A stretch of DNA of 64,000 bases, taken from the NCBI RefSeq assembly GCF_009914755.1, contig NC_060942.1. One strand, 5' to 3'. The position numbers and the translations under genes were made by a program. Positions 27,072 to 42,047 of the stretch are shown here, one piece after another; within the stretch, counting starts at the first letter, position 1, and each line of letters starts with the position of its first letter. Source of the DNA: the human T2T-CHM13v2.0 reference genome, Homo sapiens. Below the pieces are notes generated by a model. The model worked only from the letters and a program-made list of their open reading frames with translations. It made no database searches and was not told where the DNA came from.

Positions 27072-27135
27072 TATCACTGGTTGAATTATTTAGGAAACAA
27101 TTTCTAAGGCAGAGTCTTACATAAAGGTGAATTAA
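27072..27135 (-). mobile_element. Stub of the second (5') LTR16C-like LTR
   Basis: ggttgaattatttaggaaacaatttctaaggcagag resembles 19046-19110; cut off by L1. Confidence 0.45.
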
Positions 27136-27282
27136 TTTACTTACATAACACACACTGTAACAAATTTTTAAAAATAAAGCTCATAAAAAGTATATCTGAA
27201 TATAATGGAATTCAAATAGAAACCATTAACAGAAAGATATATGAAAAACTCCAAATATCTATAAATTAAACAACATTTCTAA

Positions 27283-27446
27283 GCCAGGTACACTGGCTCA
27301 TGTCTGTAATTCCAGCACTTTGGGAGGCCAAGGCAGGAGGGTCACTTGAAGCCAGGAGTTGGAGACTAGCCTGGACAAAAAAGCAAGACTCCATTCCTAC
27401 AAAGAAGACAACTAATAAATATATAATAAAAATGAAATAATTATAG
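27283..27446 (+). mobile_element. FLAM / left Alu monomer
   Basis: Single left arm plus A-rich tail; TSD aacaacatttctaa / aataacactcctaa. Confidence 0.85.
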
Positions 27447-27713
27447 AATAACACTCCTAAATAACCCATGGATCAAAGAAGTTTCAGAATAAATTTAATA
27501 TATTTTTAACTAAATGCATAGAACGCTGTGAAAGCAGGGCTTATAGAAAAATGTATAGCATTAATTCATATTATTAAAGAAGAAAAATTTATAATCAATA
27601 GAAAATTAGGGAAAAAAGAGTAAATAAAGCTAAAACAAGCAATAATAAAAATTAAACTAGAAATTGATGAAATTAAAAATACAAAAGTGATTTTAAAAAT
27701 ATGAAACCAAAAA

Positions 27714-27714
<1 letters not shown>

Positions 27715-27758
<44 letters not shown>

Positions 27759-27967
27759 TGAGACAGGGTCTCACTCTGTGGCCCAGGTCAGAATGCAGTG
27801 GCACAATCACTGCTCACTGCAGCCTTGACCTCCTGGACTCAAGTGATCCTCCTGCCTCAGCCTCCTCAGTAGCTGGGATCACAGGCATGCACCACCACAC
27901 CCAGCTAATTATTTCTTTTTTTTTTTTTTTTAATACAGCCAGGTTCTTCCTATTTCGCAGAAGCTGG
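27715..27967 (-). mobile_element. 5'-truncated AluJ with (ATT)14 tail
   Basis: Right arm, linker and degenerate end of the left arm; ATT repeat 27715-27756; TSD-like caaaaac on both sides. Confidence 0.88.
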
Positions 27968-28084
27968 CAAAAACTTATTCTTTTAAACAAATCAATAAAA
28001 TTAAAAATATTCTGACCATGCTAATCAAGAATAAGAGAGGACATAACGATCAATATCAGAAATGAAAGAAGACTCATGACTAGG

Positions 28085-29594
28085 AATGGCATAAAAGCAG
28101 ACTCACTGACCAATGGATCAGGATAGAAGGCCTAGAAACAAAAACACATTTATGGTCAATTGATTTTTGACAAAGATGCCAAGAATACACAATGGGGAAA
28201 GGATAGTCTACTTAATAAATGAGGCTGGGAAACTTGGTTATCCAGATGTAGAAGAAAAAAATTAAAACTTTATTTTACATCATGCACAAAAATCAACTCA
28301 AAATGGATTAAAAACTTAAACATAAGACTTGAAACTATAAAACTACCAGAATAAAACATAGGGGAAGAACTCCACGACATTGGTGCGGGCAAAATTTTTT
28401 TGGATATGACCCCAAAAGGCTCAGCCAAGAAAAGCAAACATAGACAAATAGGATTGTATCAAACTAAAAACTTCCGTACAGCAAAAGAAACAGTGAACAA
28501 AGTGAAATGACCACCCACAAATTGGGGCAAAATATTTGCAACCCATACATCTGATAATATGCAAAATATATAAGGAATTCACATAACTCAATAGCAAGAC
28601 AACCCAATTAACAAATGAAATCTTAAAAAGGTGATGTCATAGAACTAGAAAGTAGAATAGTGGTTACCAGGTGCTAGGATTTTTGGTGAGGGTGGGATTT
28701 GGGGAGATGGTCAAAGGATACACAACTTCAGTTAGATAGGAAAAATAAATTCAAGAGATCTATTGTACAAGATGGTAACTAAGTTAATACCAACATATGG
28801 TATTCTTGAAAATGCTAGGAGAGCAGGTGTTAAGTGTTCTCACCTCAAAAATAACATGAAATAATATGTATTTTAATTAACTAGATTTAGTCATTCCACA
28901 TGTATATATATTTCAAAAGATCATGTTGTACACAATAAACACACACAGATTTACCTGTCAATTTAAAAAATAAAATACCAAAAATTGGGCAAAGGACCTT
29001 AAGAGACCCTTCTCAAACTGAGACATGCAAATGACCAATGGGTTCATGAGAAAATGCTTAATATAACTAGTCATTAGGGAGATTCAAATTAAAACCACAA
29101 TGATTTATCACCTTACATTTGTTAGAAGGGCATTTATCCATAAATACATCAATTATTATTTGTCTACTAAAATAAAATGTTAAAATAATTAAATTTAGCA
29201 AGATTGTAGTTTATAAGGCCAGTACAATGAAACAAATTGTATTTCTATAAAATGGAAATGAATACTTAAGAAAAAAAATTAAATTCCAAAAAAAGAAAGA
29301 AAGTATTGGCAAGGATTGCAGAGAAAAGAGAACTTTTGCCACTGTTTACAGTATTCTAAATTGGTGCTGCCATAATGGAACACAATATGGAGATTCCTCA
29401 AAAGACTGAAACTAGAACTACTATATGATCCAACAAACCCAATTTTGGAAATACATCCAAAGAAACTGATATAAGCATGTCAAAGAAATACCTGCACTCC
29501 AATGTTCATTGTAGTATTACTCACAGTACCCAAGATAAGAAATCAACCAAAGTGTCTATCAACAGAAGAATGGATAAATCAAATGTGGTATATA
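28085..29594 (+). mobile_element. L1MA-type ORF2 3' region (continues at 32277)
   Basis: ggtcaattgatttttgacaaagatgccaagaa, aatcaactcaaaatggattaaa, aatgttcattgtagtattactcacagtacc. Confidence 0.88.
28620..28980 (+). mobile_element. Nested L1MA 3'UTR insertion
   Basis: gtagaatagtggttaccagg...cagttagataggaaaaataaattcaagagatctattgtac; interrupts the host ORF2 at aacccaattaa..|..gggcaaaggac. Confidence 0.8.
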
Positions 29595-32276
<2,682 letters not shown>

Positions 32277-32790
32277 TATACAAAATAAAATACTATTCAA
32301 CTTTAAGAAAGAACAAAATTCTGTCATTTGAGACCACATGGGTATGTATAGAGGACACTATGCTAAATGAAATAAGCCAGGCACAGAAAGACAAATACTG
32401 CATGATCTCATTTATATGTGGAATCTTGAAAGAGTTGAATTCATAGAAAGAGAGAGTAGAATGATAGTTATCAGTGTCTGATGGGAAAGACAAGTGAGGT
32501 AATGGGGAGTTACTGATCAAAGGGTACAAAATTTTAGCTAGTCAGGAGGAATAAGTTTTGAAATCCAATGCATAGCAGGGTGATTAAAGTCAATAACAAT
32601 GTGTATTTCAAAAGTACTAAAAGTAAATTCCAAATGTATCATCACAAAAAATGTCCAGTAAGTGAGGTGGTGGATATGTTAATTAGCTTGATTTAATCAC
32701 TCCGCATTTTGTGTGTGTGTGTATCAAAATATCACATTATACTCTATAAATGCAATACATTTATGATTTTTAACTAAAAATATTATAAAT
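32277..32790 (+). mobile_element. L1MA 3'UTR (continuation of 28085-29594)
   Basis: atgctaaatgaaataagccaggcacagaaagacaaatactgcatgatctc. Confidence 0.88.
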
Positions 32791-32799
32791 GTTAAATAT

Positions 32800-34490
32800 T
32801 TAAGGAGAGAGACACTATAAAAAATCTATTTCTGCAAATTTATAATGTGGATAGAATGAATCAATTTCTCCAAGACACAAAGTACAAAAAATTCATGAAA
32901 GAAATAGATAATTTGAATAGATTTTCATTTTTTAAATAAGTGAAACTGATAATAACCTAAAAAATGACACCTTGCCAATTTTAGTTTCACTGTTTATTTT
33001 GATCAAACATTTAAGGAAAAAGTATTACCTGTTGTCCAAAATTTCTTCCAGAAAAAGGAAGCAAAGGACGTACTTCCTAAGTCATTCTTTGAGGCCAGCA
33101 TTATGCTAATACTAAACCATATGCAGACATGCATAAGAAAACTATAGACCAATACCTCTCATGAACACAGAGGCACAAACCATCAGCAAAATATTAGCAA
33201 CCCTAATATAACAATGTGTTACATTTATTACAGACCACATCCAACTGGGATTTATTTCAGGTACAAAGGCTGGTTCAATTTTCAAAAATCAATTATTCTA
33301 ATTTCAAATACACTAACAATTAACAATCAAAATTTGAAGTTAAAAAATACATTTACAATAGCATCCAGAAATATGCAACATGTATACATCTAACAAAATA
33401 AGTAAGAATCTGCATGCTGAAACTACAAGGAAAATTTAAATAAATGGAGATATATCATGTGATCATGGATTAGAAAACTCAATTGTTAAGATGTCAGTGC
33501 TTCCAAACGCGACCTATCAATTTAATGCAATTCCATCAAAATCTTCACAAGGTATTTTATAAATATTGACAACTTCACAAAGGCTATTCAGTGGAGAAAA
33601 GGTGGCCTTTTAAACAAGTGGTACCTGAAAAATTTGACACCTACAAACAAATAAATAAACAAACCTAGACACAGATCCTACAACTCATAAAAAAAAAAAA
33701 TGGAAATGGGTAAGGGACCTAAATGTAGAATGTAAAGCTATATGATTTGAAGAAGTGAGCATATGAGGAAATCTTTGTGATCTTGGATTTGGATACATGT
33801 TTTCAGATGCAATATAAAAGTATGATCCATAAAATAATTGTTCATCTGGACATTACAATTAATAATTAAATAACAAAATTTATTCAATTAGATTTCTTAA
33901 AACTAAAAACTTCTGCTTCCTGAGACACTGTTAAGAGAATGGAGTAACAAGCCACAGACTGGGAGAGCACATTTGCAAAACATGTATCTATGAACGAAGT
34001 CGGATTAAAACATGGAAAGAACATTTACCAGTCAAAGTAAAAGAAAAAAATCAATCTACCCAATTAAATGTATGAGCCAAATATCTGAACAGCTACCATT
34101 CCAAGGAAAATATAGATTGCAAATAAGCATGTGAAAAGGTGGTTTACATCATGTTATTAGGAAAATGCAAATCAAAAGAAAAATGAGACATCACGGCATA
34201 CTTATAAGTGGCCTAAATCCCGAAATTGAAATTCAAATGTCTGCTGAGGACACAAACTGATAGGAACTCTTCTTCATTGTTGAAGGGAATGTAAAATAGT
34301 TTAGTCACTTTGGAAGACACTTTGGTAGTTTCTCATAATGGTAAATATAACCATACCATATAATTCAACAACTGGCTTGAAATAAAGGAAGCTGGGTGTG
34401 GAATATATGAGAGTTCTCTATATTATCTCTGAAATTTTTCTGTAAATCTTGAACTATTCTCAAATTAAAAGTTCATTTAAAAGTTGAAAA
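32800..34490 (+). mobile_element. Old L1 (L1MC/MD-type), right part with 3' end
   Basis: ttctttgaggccagcatta, gttaagatgtcagt, aagccacagactgggag; tail tttttctgtaaatcttgaactattctcaaattaaaag. Confidence 0.82.
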
Positions 34491-34579
34491 TTATATTATT
34501 TATAATCAAAATCAAATTTCCAAAGTACCTAACAATATATCAAGGAAAGATACAATATTTATTCAGTAAATTATAAAAC

Positions 34580-35010
34580 TGCAGTACTATTCACAATGGC
34601 AAAGACATGGAATCCACCTAAATGCCCATTAATGATAGAATGGATAATGAAAATGTGATAGATAAACACCATGGAATACTATGCAGCCATAAAAAGAAGA
34701 TCATATCCTTTGCAAGAACATGGATGGAACTGGAGGCCATTATTTTTAGCAAACTAACACAGGAACAAAACCAAATACTGCATGTTCTTACTTATAAGTG
34801 GCAGCTAAATGATGAGAACACATGGAAACATAGTGGGACTTTTCGGAGGGTGAAAGGTGGGAGGAGGGAAAGTATCAGGAAAAAAAATAAGAATATCGGC
34901 TTTATACCTGGGTGATAAAATAATATGTACAACAAACGCCCCTGACTCAAGTTTATCTATGTAACAAACCTGTACATGTACCCCTGAACTTAAAATAAAA
35001 GTTAAAAAAA
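34580..35010 (+). mobile_element. L1PA15/16-like 3' end
   Basis: actattcacaatggcaaagacatggaatc...cccctgaacttaaaataaaagtt. Confidence 0.9.
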
Positions 35011-36070
35011 CTTCAAGTCATTAATAAAGACATGAATAAGTAAATATGTACACCATACTCATCAATAGTTAAAACAACAAATATTTTAGAAGTGATGCAA
35101 AGCTTCCAAATTACCATATATAAATTCAATTTAAATTCAACTGAAATCTCTGGAGTACGTATATGTATGTGTGTGTGTGTGTGTGTGTGTGTGAATGTGT
35201 GTTTTGTAAATTTTTATGGTTTTATCTTAAAACATTTGTGGACATTTTCAGAATGGCTAATAAAAAAATTAGCAAAACAAAAACAAAGCAAAAAAAAAAG
35301 AATAGGAATTACATTCCAGAAACTTGATAGAATACACAGAATAATAATTTTAAATGTTTGTTAGTCATAGAATAACAGACCCATTCATGGAAAAAGTGAA
35401 CAATAAAATTAATGGTGTTGGGACAATTAGTTATCCATATGAATAAAAACTACAGCTGAATTCCTACTCCATATTACTCAAACAGCCTATTTCTCATAAG
35501 CTGAATACTTAAATGGGAAAAGTAAATCTTCAAAATATTTAGAATGTATAGAAAATATATTTTTATAGATTTATGTTTAGAAGACTTATTTTAAAACTCC
35601 CTAAATAGACAAATTATAAAGGAAGCAACTGATAACTTTGGTATATTAAAACATAAAGCAAAACAAAAGCCTAAAATGAAGTAAACCACAGAATTAGAGA
35701 GATATATGTAACATACATAACTGATAGAATATTAAGATTTAGACTACAAAAATTAAATGCTATAACTCCCCAGTGAAAAAAACAAATATTTAGCCTAAGG
35801 GAATAAAGGGAAAATATAAATAAGAAGTAATGAACAAAAATTCTTATGTCAAATGTCTAATAATCATAATACAGATAAATCATACTGATTCAAGTTAAAA
35901 TAGTAATGTAATATCATTTTGGAAAATTTTTTAAAGAACTGAAAATTCTAAGTGTAGATGATACTGCATAAAAATGAAAGCACTCATAAACTTTTGATCA
36001 GACTATAACATAATAAATTTAGAAACTAAGTGTAGTAGAGTGTACTTAGAGTACATTAATGTCATTCCTA
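35010..36070 (+). mobile_element. L1ME-type ORF2 remnant
   Basis: taatggtgttgggacaattagttatccatatg, aaccacagaattagagagatat. Confidence 0.65.
35168..35193. repeat. (TG)13 microsatellite
   Basis: Direct reading. Confidence 0.95.
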
Positions 36071-36082
36071 AGAACATAAAGC

Positions 36083-36185
36083 AGAGGTTCTTTGTCCTGG
36101 AATTATATCAGTACCACTTGGTGAACTTGTAAAAGACAACAATCTTCTGTGACATTCCAATTAACACAGAATCTCCGGTGATGGG
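36083..36185. mobile_element. MER5-like hAT-Charlie fragment
   Basis: cagaggttct...atcagtaccacttggtgaacttgtaaaa...cagaatctc. Confidence 0.5.
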
Positions 36186-36224
36186 GTTTAAGTCATCAAA
36201 GTTATTTAATATTGATCCGTAAAA

Positions 36225-36560
36225 AGAGTCCAAGAGTCCAAAGGCCAAAGAACCTGGAGTCTGATGTCCAAGGGCAGGAGTAATGGAAAGAAGCATCCAG
36301 CACAAGAAAAAGATGAAAGTGAGAAGCCTCAGCAAGCCAGTTTATCCCACCTTCTTCTGCCTGCTTTCTTTTAGCCATGCTGGCAGCTGATTGAATGGTG
36401 CCCACCCACACTGAGGGTGGGTCTTCCTCTCCCGGTCCACTGACTCAAATGCCACTCTCCTCTGGCAACACACTCACAGACACACCCAGAAACAACACTT
36501 TATTAGCCATCAAGGCATCCTTTAATCCAATCAAGTTGACACCTAATACTAACCCTCACA
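36225..36560 (-). mobile_element. MLT2B-type LTR (truncated 3' LTR of HERV-L)
   Basis: gagggtgggtcttcctctccc...cactgactcaaatg...aatccaatcaagttgacacctaatactaaccctcaca, adjacent to the internal PPT region. Confidence 0.92.
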
Positions 36561-37077
36561 AGTCCAACACCTGTCAGCTTGGCACCCATACACGTCTCCT
36601 GAAATTATACTTAATCTCCAAATAAAGACAATAACAAGATCATAATTATGCCTAACATAACACAGCTACCCTTTATACAATGGGAAGCACACTAATCCTT
36701 AACCTAAATGCTATCACATAAAGTTAACAACAGTTAAATGTTGATATGAAGTCAGTAAATCTTCTGCCACATTATAAAGGAAAAAGAAAAGATAAAATGA
36801 AAATATTTTCTTAGTACAAGCATATACATGCACAAACATATTCTTAACACAATAGGGAGGAAATATTCATGACAACGACAGTCCTCGTTTCTGCAACTGG
36901 TATTGATAACCAGGTATTGGTTGTGGTTTTTTACCCGGTGAAGTGCCCCAAACTTTCATTGCTGAAGGTTATGGGCCATTTGTAGCCCTGTTTGAATTGG
37001 GTTGCTGTAGTTTCTCATTGACCTTAATCACAAGGCATGGTAGTACAGAGACACCCTAAGGGATCTCCTGTATTTCA

Positions 37078-37330
37078 TTAATACTCTGCCTTTCCTCCAT
37101 TGTGGAGTAGTAGTCTGATTTCATCTTGATAGTCTGGGTCAGTCACCCCAGACAACATTGTAACTTCCTTCTTAGCCTGTTGATTTAAAGACAGGAGGAG
37201 CCCAAAGTGGCCAGGTGGTAACCTTAACTTCCAGTTTAATGGAATCATTTTATGTCCTGGTGGCAGCATTCCTCCCTCTGGAACTAAGGCCTCTAGGCCA
37301 GCAGAATTTAATGTCATGGGAACAGGAAGC
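37078..37330 (-). pseudogene. HERV-L dUTPase relic
   Basis: SAGLE (motif 1-like) and GVTDPDYQDEI (motif 3-like) in ORF 37078-37461; TAA TGA follow EY. Confidence 0.88.
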
Positions 37331-37808
37331 AAAAATTTTGCTAGTGGGTCACTAGGGGTGATGGTGAGTGGTGCCACTTTCACTCCTTGACTCCTGGACC
37401 CATGAATCCTGGCTATGGGAGAAAGAGTACCATATATTGGACGCTGATTCAGAGTATACACATCCTCCTGGAGAACTTTGCCCTAGCCCTGCAAAGTATT
37501 GTCACCTAATTGGCATTGTAATTGTGACTTCAAAAGGCCACTTCACCATTTTATCAAGGCAGCTGCTTGAGGATGAAGGAGAACACGGTAAGACCAGTAA
37601 ATTCCATGAGTATGAGCCCACTGCCACACTTCTTTAGCTGTGAAGTGAGTGCCTTGGTCAGAGGCAATGCTGTATGGAATACCATGACAGGGGAAAAGCA
37701 TTCTGTGAGTATATGCACCGTAGTCTTGGCAGAAGCATTGTGTGCAGGATAGGCAAATCCATATCCAGAGTAAGTGTCTATTCTAGTGAGGACAAACCAC
37801 TGCCCTTT
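37331..37808 (-). pseudogene. HERV-L integrase core relic
   Basis: KGQWFVLTRIDTYSGYGFAYP; LNQRPIYG. Confidence 0.85.
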
Positions 37809-38560
37809 TAGGTAACTCGATATTTGGACTGGAGTAATACACCCAAATGAGGAATGTGTTGCCTCCAACATCCAAATAGGCCTACTAGGCATTGTGCCTT
37901 TTTCATGGTTGTAGGAAGAACCAAATGCAACAACCACTGCCACTGGACCCCCAAAATTTTCACTGAGGTAGAAGGTCCCTGAATTTTAGTTGGATTTATT
38001 TCCCATCCTCTGGAACACAAATATCTCACCAATAAGTCCAGTGTGGTTGCTACTTCTTGCTCACTGGGTCCAATCAACATAATGTCATCAATGTAATGAA
38101 CATGTGTGATATCTTGTGGAAGGAAAAAGCTATCAAGATTGCTGCAAACAAGATTGTGACACAAAGCCAAATAGTTGATATACCCTGAGGTAGAACAATG
38201 AAGGTGTGTTGCTGGCTTTGCCAGCTGAAGGAAAATTGCTTCTGGTAGGCTTTATGAACAGGAATAGTGAAAAAGGCATTTGCCAAATCAATGGCTGCAT
38301 ACCAAGTACCAGGAGGTTTGTTAATTTACTCAAGCAATGAAACCACACCTGGCACAGCAGCTGCAATTGGAGTCACCACTTGGTTAAGCTTATGATAATC
38401 CATTGTCATTCTCCAAGGTCCATCTGTCTTCTGCACAGGCCAAATGGGAGAGCTGAATTAAGATGTGGTGGGAATCACCACCTTTGCGTCCTTTAAGTCC
38501 TTGATGGTGGCACTGATCTCAGCAATCCCTCCAGGGATGAGATATTGGTTTTGATTTACT
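37809..38560 (-). pseudogene. HERV-L reverse transcriptase relic (frameshifted)
   Basis: ANAFFTIP (motif A region), VLPQG (motif B), HYIDD (motif C) in different frames. Confidence 0.92.
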
Positions 38561-39632
38561 ATTTTTCTAGGTAGAGGCAGCTCTAATAGCTTCCATTTGG
38601 CCTTTGCCACAATAATAGCCCTCACCGTACTGGTCAGGGAGCCTATGTGGGGATTCTGCTAACTACTAAGTATATCCATGCCAATTATGCATTCTGGCAC
38701 TGGAGAAATGACCACAGGATGAGTCCAGGGACCCACTGGACCCACTGTAGGTCAGACTTGAGCTACAACTCCATTAATTACCTGACATTCACAAGCCCCT
38801 CCTCTAACTTGAGGGCCACAGTGACATTTTGGGTCCCCTGGAATCAATGTCACCTCAGAAGTAGTGTTCAGTAGTCCCTGAAAGGTCTGATTATTTCCCT
38901 TTCCCCAATGCACAGTTACCCTGGTAAAAGGGCGGAGGTCTCCTTGGGGAAAGATGGGAGAAAGATTAACAGTATAATTGTGGGTAGTGTAGTGGGGGTT
39001 CCTCAAAGGGACTTGGCCTCCCCTTCATTCAAGGGTTCCTGGATCTGTAAACTGGCTCAAATCTGGAAATTGATTGAGGGGCGGTGATGCTCTATGTTTA
39101 TAATTCAAATTAGTCTTTTGTCCACTGGACCTGGAAGTTTTCTGCTTATACAAATTAAGTAACAGTGTAGTAGGCTTCCTATCGATTTCATTTCTAGGAA
39201 CACTATGATTAATTAGCCAATGCCAGAGCTCTACATGAGTCAGACTATTCTGATTGCTGCTTTGCCTTGCTGTCTATTATGGTAACTATGACCACCTTGC
39301 TTCTGACGGTTGAGTGCCACCACCAGAGAAGAGCAATCATAGAGCTCTTCAAGGATGCAGGCACTCCCCTCACAAATCTATTTTGCAAGGTATTGATGAA
39401 GGGTATGTCTTCTGGACCCTCCCAGTTGGGATATGTAGATCTCAAATGACAAATCCAATCTAGCATTCCAATATCCCTAAGCCTTTGGATCCCTTCCTGT
39501 ACACTAAACCAAGGAAGATCGGGCATTTCCAGCTTGCTCACAGTGGGCCATCTTTTGATCCATGTTTCAGCTGACCAAGAAAATAAACTTAGAATCTTCT
39601 TACCTTCCCAAGCTGCAACATTAAATGCACCT
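38561..39632 (-). pseudogene. HERV-L protease and gag C-terminal relic
   Basis: VTVHWGKGNNQTFQGLLNTTSEVTLIPGDP (decayed LDTG motif); LEMPDLPWF..EGIQRLR.IGML.WI. Confidence 0.85.
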
Positions 39633-41029
39633 AATATTAATCATCACAATGTCATAGTATTGAACTTTCTGAGAATGGTTCATTTCTTTGTTTTGGTTAT
39701 ACTCTGTTTAACAACAATATTGAACATATTGATGATTTAAGAAAACTGTAGTAATGATACAGATGGATAAGTAAGAGGAAAGTGAACAATTGAGGGGGTT
39801 ACAGAAATAACTTATCTCATAAACCGGAAATAAAAACAGGAAAAAAGACAGATTTTAGACAAGAACGTTAGAAGACTTTAAATAAAATAGTACAATGGAA
39901 TTATGAGTAGAGAGACCACAAATGTAACACAAAAGCCTCAGTAACTTGCTTACCTGGGAAAGGCCTAAGCACAGGTTGGAACTCGAGATGCTTTACATTA
40001 ATATATAATTTTAATATGCAGCCCCATGAAAACTAATTTGCATGTTATAATTACCTTTCCAACTGTCTTTCACGAGATAACTACACCGCCATTAACAAAA
40101 CTTTAATGTATCACTTTTTTTCTACTAAATAAATTTGCTTTACAGTATTGCTTACTATTTCTAAGGAAATGGCAAAACCCCCTCATGCTTCATTAAGCAG
40201 AAATAATTGGGAATGTTTGGAGTTTTGATTTTATTGTGAAAGAATACTTCATAGCAGTAGCTAAATTAATGACATTGTTTTCCAAATAGCTGCTGCACAA
40301 TAACTCACATCTTATTAAAATTCTTCATTTTAGTTAAATTAGGTCTTGGCTTGTGTGAAGCTAGCTTTGTGGCTCTCAAGAAGAGAAAGGATAAGAACAC
40401 AGTAAGTGCAGAGGAAGATTACTCGTTATACCTAATTCATCTTCTGATATGTTAGTTCCTATCGTTTCTGAAAAAAGTCAGAAATCAATCCACTTGCATA
40501 CAAATAAAAATGCAAAATCTATGTTCCCCAACCTCTGAGAAAAATTGACTTCCAGATATATTTAAATACTGGAGAGAAAAGAAAAATAAATAGATGTTTA
40601 AATAAAAAATTATTCTCAAAAATTTTATAAAAAAGGCAAAAATTAGAGATAACTGAGCATTTAGAGGTAAATATAAATGGCAAGCAACCGATGTGAAATT
40701 TAAAGGAAGTGTTATTTTGGCAAATTCTTGCCTGCCTGATAAATAATCTACTACATAATCTGTTGACTCGGCATTTCCACTCTAATCTACTACTGAGGTC
40801 TAAGTGACCTATGTCCTAACCCAAGTGGCAAAATCCCTATCACCAATTAAAGCAAACCAATGTAGACTCCCACTTCCACCTTCACCTTCATGCTCATAGG
40901 GAATGTTCTCCACCTTCTCCACGGTTGAAATCTTTCTGTTCTTTGAGGCTAAACTCAAATTCCAATTACTTTGAACTACTCCCTCTTTGAAGAAATCTTA
41001 TTCTTCTGTTGTTATATGAACTTGGCCCT

Positions 41030-41263
41030 AGAACACATGAACACATTGGGGGAAACATCATACACTGGGTTCTACTGAGGGCCATTGGGGGAGGGAGAGC
41101 ATCAGGAAGTATAGCTAATGAATACTGGGCTTATTGCTTAAGTAATGGGTAGATCTGTGCAGCAAATCACCATGGCACACATGGTTTGTTACCTAGGTAA
41201 CAAACCTGCACATCCTACCCATGTACCCCAGAACATAAAATAAATGTTGATGGGGAAAAAAAA
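41030..41263 (+). mobile_element. Short L1PA 3' end
   Basis: gggagagcatcaggaag.atagctaatg...aacaaacctgcacatcct; TSD gaacttggcccta / ggacttgctctta. Confidence 0.9.
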
Positions 41264-42047
41264 GGACTTGCTCTTATTTATAACCTGGTCATTTCCCAGT
41301 ACATAAAAGTGTTTAATAAATAATTTTTTCATAGAATGGAATACTCCAGTTAAGTAAAAGTTATTTTTTAATCTGATGGTCAAAATACAGAAAATGGCAC
41401 ATAAAATGACTTTCAATATGTACCTTATAATTAAAACTGTTATTGTATTGTGTAAATAGGTTACACATGTTTTCTTTTTTCCTATTGGCATAAATTACTG
41501 AGAATATTTTCTCTCCCACCTTAGTTATAGCTTCATAAATGAGTTGGAAGAAGTAGAGAAACTGAAGACACCTTATAATTAATATTCTTTTCATATTTTA
41601 TACTGAAGAATTTATTTGTTAAGAAACAAAAACCTATGTTTTGGGGTTAATCACTTGAAAATTGTTATAAATGGTGAGGTTGTCGTTTTTCTAAATTATT
41701 TATGCTTATTTTTGCTACCTTTTCCTATTCATCTTTTAGGTAAACAGGCCATTGAAATAGCACTTCTGAATCTGCAATGAGCCTGACATTATTGACTATA
41801 GTTTTAAAGGCACTATTTTTTGTTTATATGAGTAAGGATTTTACAAATATCTATCATTAGAGCAAAAAATCATAAAACACAAGAAATTTAGGAATAAATT
41901 AAGTGCTTCTCTTTTAGATAAAGTACAAGGAAAGAATAAGAGAATTCACTAAAATTACACCCAGATGAGTTTTGGCTCAACCCATGGTCTCTGACTCTGT
42001 TTGCTAGAGGAGACTTTAATTTATTCGTGTAAGCACATTTTTTCTTA

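Larger units (their letters stand above)
27140..28085 (+). mobile_element. Old L1 (L1MC/MD-type) ORF2, left part
   Basis: aataacccatggatcaaagaag, aaactagaaattgatgaaat, aaatcaataaaatt. Confidence 0.8.
36561..39632 (-). mobile_element. HERV-L / ERVL-B4 internal region: partial gag, PR, RT, IN, dUTPase
   Basis: Multiple minus-strand ORF fragments with ERV-L peptides in the order gag-PR-RT-IN-dUTPase. Confidence 0.95.

Noticed and set aside
27933-27967. Apparent extra 35-bp hairpin sequence attached to an Alu
   Set aside because: Its reverse complement aligns to the end of the Alu left arm (ccagcctgggcaacatagcaagaccctgtctcta); it is diverged Alu
27701-28015. ORF with poly-Leu that looks like a signal peptide
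   Set aside because: It is the (ATT)14 Alu tail followed by antisense Alu translation
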